Positions 49,386-57,043 of a stretch of 58,770 bases of DNA are shown here, one piece after another; position 1 is the first letter of the stretch; every line of letters starts with the position of its first letter. The position numbers and the translations under genes are program-made. The notes beneath the pieces are model-generated. The model had not been told where the DNA came from, did no database searches, and saw nothing but the letters and a program-made list of their open reading frames with translations. Where the stretch lies: assembly GCA_964343335.1 (NCBI GenBank), contig CAYFJL010000001.1:1-58770 (forward strand). Direction: 5' to 3'. This DNA is from an uncultured Polaribacter sp. (GTDB lineage Bacteria; Bacteroidota; Bacteroidia; Flavobacteriales; Flavobacteriaceae).

Positions 49386-50069
49386 ATGAACGTAATAGAA
49401 ATAAAAAACCTTCGCAAGATTTACAACGAAAAAACAGTTCCAGTAAATGCAGTAAATGATGTTTCCCTTTCATTTAAGGCAAAAGAATTTACCGCTATTG
49501 TAGGTGCTTCGGGTTCAGGAAAAACAACTTTACTTAATTTGATAGGTGGCATTGACACACCCACAAGTGGCAATGTATTTATCAATGGAAAAAATGTAAG
49601 CGAATTATCCGAAAACAAAATGACACAATTTCGCAGAGACAATATTGGGTTTGTGTTTCAGCAGTATAATCTTTTACCAGTTTTAACTGTAAAAGAAAAT
49701 GTTGAGTTTATAATGGAACTGCAAAAGAAACCAAAAGAAGAGAGAGAAAAAAGAGTGACCGTACTACTTACCGAAATTGGTTTAGCAGATAAAATAAATG
49801 AAAGACCTGCAAAACTTTCAGGTGGTCAACAACAAAGAGTTGCAGTTGCAAGAGCTTTAGCTCACAAACCAACTTTTGTAATTGCTGACGAGCCAACCGC
49901 AAATCTGGATAGTAAGTCAACTGCGGATTTGCTAAACATTATGGAAGAACTTAATCAAAAAGAAGGTACAACCTTCATTTTTTCCACTCACGACCAAAGA
50001 GTAGTTGACAGGGCAAAACGAGTAATTGTATTTGAAGATGGGAAAGTGATAAGCGATACTTCAAAATGA
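49386..50069 (+). CDS. ABC transporter ATP-binding protein (LolD-like)
   Basis: GASGSGKT, LSGGQQQR, ADEPT and STHD motifs. Confidence 0.95.
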   Translation: MNVIEIKNLRKIYNEKTVPVNAVNDVSLSFKAKEFTAIVGASGSGKTTLLNLIGGIDTPTSGNVFINGKNVSELSENKMTQFRRDNIGFVFQQYNLLPVLTVKENVEFIMELQKKPKEEREKRVTVLLTEIGLADKINERPAKLSGGQQQRVAVARALAHKPTFVIADEPTANLDSKSTADLLNIMEELNQKEGTTFIFSTHDQRVVDRAKRVIVFEDGKVISDTSK

Positions 50070-51265
50070 AAAATTCAAATCTTATAATAATTCTTCTTCT
50101 TTTTCCAAGCCTTGGTTTATTTGCCCAAAATGAAAACATTAATCCAACAGACACAATTGATGTAGAACAAATTGAAAATAACAATCCAAGTAAGTTTGAA
50201 ATAAATGGGTATCTGAAAGATTTGGTTTCAGTAGCTATTCCTTCTTTCAATGGATTATGGTCTTTCGATAATCAAATACATAACCGTGTTAATTTTAAAT
50301 ACTACGCTAATTCTTGGCTTACACTTAATGCTGAAGCAAGAAATAGAATTTACTTTGGGAATAGCGTTCAACAAATTCCAAATTTTGACGAGCAAGTTAA
50401 TCAATCGTTAGATTATATACGTTTAGGAGGTATTGTCTCGCAAGGGCAATCTTACCTCATTCATTCAACAATAGACCGTGCAAACTTAAAACTTGATAAA
50501 GATAAATGGCAAGCGATAATTGGTAAACAGCGAATTAATTGGGGGAAAACGTATGCTTGGAACCCGAACGATTTGTTTAATGCTTACTCATTTTTCGATT
50601 TTGACTATGAAGAACGCAGAGGAACTGATGCTGCATTGGTAAAGTACAATATAAGTTCATTATCATCTATTGAATTCGCATCCAACATTGATAGCACTTT
50701 TGACAAAATGATATTTGCAACTAATTACAAAACAAATATTAAAGAATATGACTTTCAATTTTTGGTTGGTAAATACAAAACAGATATTGCCCTTGGTGCA
50801 GGTTGGGCAGGCCAAATTAAGAATGCAGGTTTTAAAGGAGAATTGACCTATTTTCAACCTTACAAAAATGTTGGCGTAAACCCGACTTTTATAGGCGACA
50901 TTTCATTTGATTACACACTGCCAAACACATTAAATTTCCGACTTGAATTCATTGGAAATACAAATCCTATTAAGACCACAAATATCCAATTTTTGACTCA
51001 ACCCGTTTTTGCAAAAGGACTAATCAACAACTATGTTTCAACCTTCATTTCTGTCGGTTATGACATTACACCATTAATAAAAGCCAACTTAAATTCCATT
51101 TGGAACATTGACGACAACTCTATTTTCTTGAACCCAACAATTGACTTCTCTCTGACAGAAAATACTAATTTACTGATTGTAGCACAAATATTCACAGGCG
51201 ACAAAAACAGTCTTTACAATGGAGTTGGAAGCTATGTTTTCACAAGGCTGAAATGGAGTTTTTAA
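50066..51265 (+). CDS. Outer-membrane beta-barrel protein
   Basis: Signal peptide, GKQRINWG, C-terminal LKWSF. Confidence 0.8.
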   Translation: MKNSNLIIILLLFPSLGLFAQNENINPTDTIDVEQIENNNPSKFEINGYLKDLVSVAIPSFNGLWSFDNQIHNRVNFKYYANSWLTLNAEARNRIYFGNSVQQIPNFDEQVNQSLDYIRLGGIVSQGQSYLIHSTIDRANLKLDKDKWQAIIGKQRINWGKTYAWNPNDLFNAYSFFDFDYEERRGTDAALVKYNISSLSSIEFASNIDSTFDKMIFATNYKTNIKEYDFQFLVGKYKTDIALGAGWAGQIKNAGFKGELTYFQPYKNVGVNPTFIGDISFDYTLPNTLNFRLEFIGNTNPIKTTNIQFLTQPVFAKGLINNYVSTFISVGYDITPLIKANLNSIWNIDDNSIFLNPTIDFSLTENTNLLIVAQIFTGDKNSLYNGVGSYVFTRLKWSF

Positions 51266-51380
51266 CGACAAGTACAGCCAACACATTTGGTGGCACATTT
51301 GTATTTTTCCGAACCCTCAATCCAACGCTAAAAAATCCAAAAGAGCCACCAAGCCAACGCACCTGAAAAGGAAAGGCAGC

Positions 51381-51511
51381 ACATAACATTGTATAAAAGC
51401 AATAGCGGTTCGGGTGCAAACTCGAACCGTTTTTGCGTTTAATTAAGTATATTGCTTGCCGAAAAGTAGTTGCATTTTAATCCGCTACTGCTCTTATACT
51501 AACCGTTAAAT
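51381..51511 (+). repeat. attC-like site 2 (131 bp)
   Basis: ACATAAC...GTTAAAT with inner inverted repeat GTATAAAAGCAATAGCGG / CCGCTACTGCTCTTATAC (16/18 paired). Confidence 0.8.
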
Positions 51512-52666
51512 AAACAACTCCTTATAAATCTCCATTGTGGACTTGTTGTAGCTCCAATTCTTCCACGCATACTTTAAAGCTTCTCGTCCAATGTCGGTGC
51601 GTAATTGAGCATCAGTAATCAATTTCTGTAATTGCTCTTTCCACTCATTTTCATTTTTCGCAAGCATGCCATTTTCACCATGCTTGATGATTTCAGAATA
51701 AGGAAAAAGAGAAGAACTTATCATAGGAATTGCAAAAGCAGCAGCCTCCAAATACTTTACAAATGATTTTCCTTCCGTATTAAATAGATGGTCGTTCATG
51801 GGGTGAAGTATTACATCCAAGGCGAGCTTATTCAACTTAGTGGGATATTCTAAAAAAGACACTGGCTTCACGAATTTGAAAGTTAAATCACCAAGGCTGT
51901 TTTCGTCTTTGAGTTTTCCATTCCAACCAAAAATGAAGAGTTCCGCATTTTGGTCTTTCAATACTTCCTGCAAAACAGGTAAAATGCTTTTAACATCTTC
52001 CGATTGTGAAGGATTGGTAATGATTCCCAGTCTTACAGTTTTACCATTATTCTTGTTGATTTGAGGAACTTCGGCATAAGCTTGATTAGAAAGTAAGTTG
52101 GGAACAAAAGCAAACATCGGATCCGAATCAGGAAAAGCGACTTCCAACTTATCTTCAATGGCTTCCAATATTCCATTGGTTGGAGCTGTTATCGCATCCA
52201 TTTTGGAAAGGTTCTCCAATAGCTTATCCAGTTGCTCTTTTGGGTACTTTTTTATTCCGGGATGATAGTCAGGAAAATTGAAATAATGACAATCAATATC
52301 CATTACAAACTGAATGCGGTCATTAATGGAAACAATACCTTCAATGATGGGTTGAATATCTGTAAAGAAGGTAGGAAATACGATGTAGTCAGCCCAACGA
52401 ATTAATCGTTCATCAACCGGAGTATCGTATTCATCATGCTTTTTGTTGAAGTTCCATTTGTGAATTTGATTCACAACAGCTTTATGCGACTTGGTTTTAT
52501 TGAGCTCCAAAGCAGGTGCAATCATTCTGTAATAACCCGAAGCATTCATACAAGGAGCCACATACAGCACATGCACTTTTTCAGCTTCATCTTGTAGTTC
52601 AGGGTATTTTTCCTCGAAGGAAAGGGAGCTGTTTAATCGCTCCAATAGTTCTTTTAAATTTCTCAT
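51506..52666 (-). CDS. GT-B glycosyltransferase (GT4-like)
   Basis: GYYR..P, KSFVKYLEAAAFAIPMISS and NG.LA....W motifs. Confidence 0.85.
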   Translation of the reverse strand: MRNLKELLERLNSSLSFEEKYPELQDEAEKVHVLYVAPCMNASGYYRMIAPALELNKTKSHKAVVNQIHKWNFNKKHDEYDTPVDERLIRWADYIVFPTFFTDIQPIIEGIVSINDRIQFVMDIDCHYFNFPDYHPGIKKYPKEQLDKLLENLSKMDAITAPTNGILEAIEDKLEVAFPDSDPMFAFVPNLLSNQAYAEVPQINKNNGKTVRLGIITNPSQSEDVKSILPVLQEVLKDQNAELFIFGWNGKLKDENSLGDLTFKFVKPVSFLEYPTKLNKLALDVILHPMNDHLFNTEGKSFVKYLEAAAFAIPMISSSLFPYSEIIKHGENGMLAKNENEWKEQLQKLITDAQLRTDIGREALKYAWKNWSYNKSTMEIYKELFI

Positions 52667-52941
52667 GAGTTCACGTCTTTTTTTACCGGGGTTCCCTCGA
52701 AATACTTTTCAATCTCGTTACCGGTTTGTTTGTCATAAATGATGGCAGCATCGGCTTTTGTGCCGTATTCCGTTACTTTCTTTCTAAGTCTTGCTAAACC
52801 TAAATTTCGGTCCAGGAACTTGGAATACTTGTGCTTCCAGTCCAATGACCATAGCGTTCTTACATTGCCATCTTTGAAATAGATGAGCAGTTTTGAAAGG
52901 GAATCCCTTTTTAATTTCCAACCTTCTTTGGGTGCTGTCAT
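52663..52941 (-). CDS. Hypothetical protein
   Basis: 4-nt overlaps with both neighbours. Confidence 0.7.
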   Translation of the reverse strand: MTAPKEGWKLKRDSLSKLLIYFKDGNVRTLWSLDWKHKYSKFLDRNLGLARLRKKVTEYGTKADAAIIYDKQTGNEIEKYFEGTPVKKDVNS

Positions 52942-53417
52942 GGTTTAAATTGTTTTATTAATGTTTTCAATGGAATAAGGCTATGGTGCTTTTCACCATG
53001 GCATAAGAAAACCTTTACCAGGTTGTCTTGAAGCTGAATTTTAGCATTGACCTTTTCAGGTGGGATAGCATGAGCAATGGCGAGATGCTGCAAATAATCA
53101 CTCACTCGCTTCTCAACAATAGGCTGTAAACCTAATGCCGTTGCCATACCATCACCTGCAAAAAAGTCGATTAATTCAGGTGTGGGAATAGCATAGAGCA
53201 TTTCTATTTCTGTGATCAATCGGGCTTTACATTGTTTGTTTTGCAAGCCGATTTCTACAATCATATCTTCTTTAGAAAGTCGATAATTCTTGGATTGCAC
53301 CTGAAAATAGCCCTGTACATTGCTAATGACTTTCTTTTCATAGCCAAAAACATCTATGGTTACATTCTCCATATAGTTTTTAAGGCTCTCTTTGATTCCT
53401 TTTTTCTTTCCTAGCAT
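52938..53417 (-). CDS. Hypothetical protein (start revised to MLGKKKG)
   Basis: The revised start lies just after the upstream stop at 53420. Confidence 0.65.
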   Translation of the reverse strand: MLGKKKGIKESLKNYMENVTIDVFGYEKKVISNVQGYFQVQSKNYRLSKEDMIVEIGLQNKQCKARLITEIEMLYAIPTPELIDFFAGDGMATALGLQPIVEKRVSDYLQHLAIAHAIPPEKVNAKIQLQDNLVKVFLCHGEKHHSLIPLKTLIKQFKP

Positions 53418-53419
53418 AT

Positions 53420-54688
53420 CTATCTGATTTGATGAATAACTTCCGGTTTGAGCACCGCAGCATGAAATAGGTGCAATAGAGATTGATCGCCCAGTTTGCC
53501 GATTCGTGTTTCGCATTCTCGATACACCTGAAGCGAAGACTTTCGATTGGAATCTGTTTTTTTCTCGTTGTTCAAATACTTTTTGATTTGAGCATGGAGA
53601 ATGAGTTTTTTGCGGACTTCCTCTTTGCGTTCCAAGTGTTTTTGAAGCCACTTTTTGGTTCCGGTGAATCCGGAAGGGTTATTGGTGTCGAAATAGCGAT
53701 ATGGAAGTTGCACAAAACGCTTTTCGGGATCCTTGGCAACAAAATCTCGAACGAGGTAAACCCGTTCGCAATAATTTTGATGCACATTGGATAAAAACTT
53801 GTCGGAAACAGGCTCATACCACTTGACAAGCATCTCTTTGGCTTGGTTTTCCTGAAATTCAGTCAGAAAAACATCCCTGTACAAAAGGTTTTTCGCCAGT
53901 TTCCACAAGCTTTCTGCATAAAAATTAAGGGAAGTGCTGCGAGCCGAACCGTCCTGTTGTTTCCAGTTTTGTTCATTATTGGCTCGCTTTCGCACTTTTC
54001 CCCCGGTATCTTTAGAAATTTTCGCAACTTTTCCCCCGGTGTTTCCAGTTAAAATGTTTCCAGTAGGGTAACCTGCTTTATTTAAAATTTCCGTGAGCGA
54101 TAGCGAACTCCGATTTCTTTGGTTGCCAGTTCTTCTCTGATCAGGAGATGAACCGTTGGAGTTATCTACACCTATTATTAAATTATTTTTATTGTAACTA
54201 TTGTTTCTAGTGTATGTATGAGGACAATTTGTCGTACCCTTATTTTTAATTGATTGATTTTCAAGGTCTTTTTGTTTTGCTTCCTGCAACTCCTTTTCGG
54301 CTTCCAAAAGGTCTTTTCGACACCTTGCTAACAGTATTTTAGGGTTTATCAACAATTCATATCCGCTATTGCTTCCGCAAAACTCCTTGCCTGTGATAAT
54401 ATCTGCTTCTTGTAGTTTGATGATATGTCTTTGAATGGTTCTTGGGCTTACCTTGACCAATCCTGCTAATTGAGAATTGTTTGTTTTTAGAGCCGGCAGG
54501 TTTTCAGCCGTTAGCTCCATAATGCCATTTGCCTTGATTAAAAAGGCTCCGTAAATGCGAATGATTTCCTTGGCGGTTAGCAGTACACTTGCTTTGATCT
54601 TATCCGATAAAGCCTCATGTGAATCGTTGTGGTATTCCACGAACTGATCCAGTGCTTTATAGGAGATTGAATAATTGATGACCAACAT
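53420..54688 (-). CDS. Putative replication initiator (wHTH, start revised to MLVINY)
   Basis: NSQLAGLVKVSPRTIQRHIIKL HTH, low-complexity linker with internal DNA repeats, position after the Cro-like gene. Confidence 0.6.
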   Translation of the reverse strand: MLVINYSISYKALDQFVEYHNDSHEALSDKIKASVLLTAKEIIRIYGAFLIKANGIMELTAENLPALKTNNSQLAGLVKVSPRTIQRHIIKLQEADIITGKEFCGSNSGYELLINPKILLARCRKDLLEAEKELQEAKQKDLENQSIKNKGTTNCPHTYTRNNSYNKNNLIIGVDNSNGSSPDQRRTGNQRNRSSLSLTEILNKAGYPTGNILTGNTGGKVAKISKDTGGKVRKRANNEQNWKQQDGSARSTSLNFYAESLWKLAKNLLYRDVFLTEFQENQAKEMLVKWYEPVSDKFLSNVHQNYCERVYLVRDFVAKDPEKRFVQLPYRYFDTNNPSGFTGTKKWLQKHLERKEEVRKKLILHAQIKKYLNNEKKTDSNRKSSLQVYRECETRIGKLGDQSLLHLFHAAVLKPEVIHQIR

Positions 54689-54699
54689 GATGATATATT

Positions 54700-55029
54700 T
54701 TAAATGACATGAGCTATCGCTCGATATATTCCGAAGGGTTTTAAGTCCAGGTTCGTGGCTTGTCTTACCAACCTGAATCGCTTCACCCAAATAATTTCTT
54801 GATAGGATGTTGTAATGTCTGCTGCATCGAATTGAGCAACATAAATTTGAAGACCTTGCTTATAGAAGGGTAAAGGATTTTTATAAAGCATACAGCCCAG
54901 TTCAGATTGGAAGCTGTGCCATTCACCGTTCTTTACGCCTTTAGGAAGACTGAATTGCAAGCAATCTTCTTCTAGTGAACGCCCTTCACCAGTCAAAACC
55001 TTGAAAAATATGTTAGCAGGTCTGACCAT
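54700..55029 (-). CDS. Hypothetical protein
   Basis: 109-aa ORF in the early operon. Confidence 0.6.
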   Translation of the reverse strand: MVRPANIFFKVLTGEGRSLEEDCLQFSLPKGVKNGEWHSFQSELGCMLYKNPLPFYKQGLQIYVAQFDAADITTSYQEIIWVKRFRLVRQATNLDLKPFGIYRAIAHVI

Positions 55030-55125
55030 AAGAAGGGTTTGTTTCCTTTACCTGTTCAATCAATGCCTTCAACTCTGAAAGGAAAGCATGATATTTACTA
55101 TTTTGTATAACTTTCATAAACTGAA

Positions 55126-55368
55126 TTAGTATTCTTTGTTTAGCACTTCTTCGGCATGACGTTTTAATTCGGCACGCTTTTCTTTCATTTCTTGGATGAT
55201 TAACCAACCTTCTTTCCAAATTTTTTCAGCGAGGTGAAGGCGTATTTCTTCTCCTTCCAAAAACTTATAAATCGTTGGACGTGAGATACCTGTACGGCTT
55301 TTTATCATCTGTATTCCTTTCAAAGGAAGCTCATCTTTGAACCCTTTTATTTCTTCTCGTGTAAACAT
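55126..55368 (-). CDS. Cro-like HTH regulator
   Basis: IKSRTGISRPTIYKFLEG HTH, divergent from the repressor. Confidence 0.75.
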   Translation of the reverse strand: MFTREEIKGFKDELPLKGIQMIKSRTGISRPTIYKFLEGEEIRLHLAEKIWKEGWLIIQEMKEKRAELKRHAEEVLNKEY

Positions 55369-55416
55369 GTTGTAAATATTTTGTAAATTTGTTTACCTTT
55401 AATAAATAAAAATATC

Positions 55417-55435
55417 TATCTTTGCTGCAAAGATA
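55417..55435. promoter_or_regulatory. Face-to-face -7 promoter boxes forming a palindrome (genetic switch)
   Basis: TATCTTTGC-T-GCAAAGATA provides a TAnnTTTG box on each strand. Confidence 0.65.
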
Positions 55436-55484
55436 TACTAAATTAGTAAACTAATACAAATTAAATTGATAAAAATGGTAAACT

Positions 55485-56090
55485 ATGGTTGATAAAGAAA
55501 TTACCAGAGAGATGCTGAATGAGCGATATGTGTCTGCAATAGAACATCTTATGCGAGTGCATACGCTAAAAAATCAGCGTGAATTTTCTGCTAAAATGGA
55601 AGAGAATCCCACAGTATTCTCTCAAATTAAGTCAGGAAATAGAAATGCCTCACTCACGCAGTTAACTAAAATTGTAAACGATTTCGACCTGAATGCAAAC
55701 TATTTTCTAAAGTTTGAGAATCAAAAGGAGCCAATCGAATACAGTGAGCTGAACATTAATCCAACAATTTCAGGGGATAATCAGGATGTGATGGTTGGTA
55801 AGAATGTTTCCAAAAATGACGGAGTTGTTCACGGAGACTTCTATAATGTAGAGAAGCTAATCAATCAGGCTCCACCGGAGTTAAGAGAACATATCAGACA
55901 GTTGCAAACCAAGTATGAGCTGCTAGAAAAAGAAAACAGCAAATTCAAGGACGAAGTCAGCGAATTAAAAAAAATAATCGCAAACATGACTTCGCAGCTC
56001 AATGACGCACATGCTCAAATCAAAGAGAAAGACGAGCGTTTATATCAGGCACAATGCGAACTGATTGAAGTTTACAAAAAGAAGAAGTAG
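55485..56090 (+). CDS. XRE-family (CI-like) repressor with C-terminal coiled coil
   Basis: NQREFSAKME....VFSQIKSGNRN...LNANYF HTH. No S24 peptidase domain. Confidence 0.75.
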   Translation: MVDKEITREMLNERYVSAIEHLMRVHTLKNQREFSAKMEENPTVFSQIKSGNRNASLTQLTKIVNDFDLNANYFLKFENQKEPIEYSELNINPTISGDNQDVMVGKNVSKNDGVVHGDFYNVEKLINQAPPELREHIRQLQTKYELLEKENSKFKDEVSELKKIIANMTSQLNDAHAQIKEKDERLYQAQCELIEVYKKKK

Positions 56091-56094
56091 GATT

Positions 56095-56757
56095 ATGAAG
56101 AGCAATAATCACATAGTAACTGGTCAATCTCCATTGGAGCAATTACTTTTTTGTTTGCGAAACAAAAAGGTGGACTGTGTTTTATTGTCTTCTGATCAAA
56201 ATGTAAGCCTTTCATTTATTGATGGTATTAATGAAGCAATTCTATTTCAGGCATCCGATTTTAATTTGAATCAAACTGCCGTTCAGAAATTATCGTCATC
56301 GCTTAACGAACAAACTAACAGAAATGGTATATGGCTTAGTTATTTAGAAAGCCGTGTGTTGGATGTGTTGGTGAGTGAAAAATCCATCCTTATCACATTT
56401 GATAAGAGTGGAAAGCTGATTGAAAGCTTGCATGGAATAGGCTGTTATGTAATCCATCTTGCTGAACTCATAAAGGAGGCTTTTCCGGGAATATACCTTT
56501 GGGCAAAGGAATTGAATCTGATAGCCATTGAACAAAAGGAATCTAAAGCATTGGATTTTATACAAAACAAGAACTACCACAGCGTTAAAGTGATCAAACG
56601 AAGAGGTCAGCTTGATAGAGTAGAATGCGAAGAGAAAATGCCCATTGACAAAAGGGTAATTGATATAATGAGAGATGCAGCCTTCCAAAGTATTTCCATC
56701 AACCAGGAAGACGGTAAGGCGGTACACATTAATAGAGTAGTAAAACAAAAGTTATGA
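56095..56757 (+). CDS. Hypothetical protein (start probably MKSNN)
   Basis: ATG 4 nt after the repressor stop. Confidence 0.65.
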   Translation: MKSNNHIVTGQSPLEQLLFCLRNKKVDCVLLSSDQNVSLSFIDGINEAILFQASDFNLNQTAVQKLSSSLNEQTNRNGIWLSYLESRVLDVLVSEKSILITFDKSGKLIESLHGIGCYVIHLAELIKEAFPGIYLWAKELNLIAIEQKESKALDFIQNKNYHSVKVIKRRGQLDRVECEEKMPIDKRVIDIMRDAAFQSISINQEDGKAVHINRVVKQKL

Positions 56758-56836
56758 AAGCTTTGAGAAATATTCAGGCAACATCACAAACACTGGTCTT
56801 ATCAAAAGATTTGAGGGATTGGCGAAGTGAAGGAAA

Positions 56837-57043
56837 ATGCAAACGAGAGAAAATGGATCTCATGCGGAAACGTATCGAAAAATTCTAAAAGCAGAAAAAA
56901 TGACACCGGAGAGACTTAGAGCTTTTCCGGGATTTGAAGAAATAAAGGAAGATGAAGCAAAACATGTAATTGAAACTTTAGAGTGTTTTTGTGGAATCAT
57001 TGTAAAACATATATCGAAAAAAGAAGATTATGAAGAACCTTGA
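56837..57043 (+). CDS. 68-aa protein overlapping the recombinase start (possible accessory/directionality factor)
   Basis: Position and overlap only. Confidence 0.55.
   Translation: MQTRENGSHAETYRKILKAEKMTPERLRAFPGFEEIKEDEAKHVIETLECFCGIIVKHISKKEDYEEP

Larger units (their letters stand above)
45310..51505 (+). mobile_element. Gene cassette 2 (6196 bp, six genes)
   Basis: Begins (G)TTATGTGC. Its attC begins with the exact complement GCACATAAC (51379-51387). Confidence 0.75.

Noticed and set aside
46188-50069. Calling the ABC genes lolA/lolCDE
   Set aside because: The folds are similar, but the cassette context, TetR control and OM-barrel partner point to an accessory transporter of unknown substrate.
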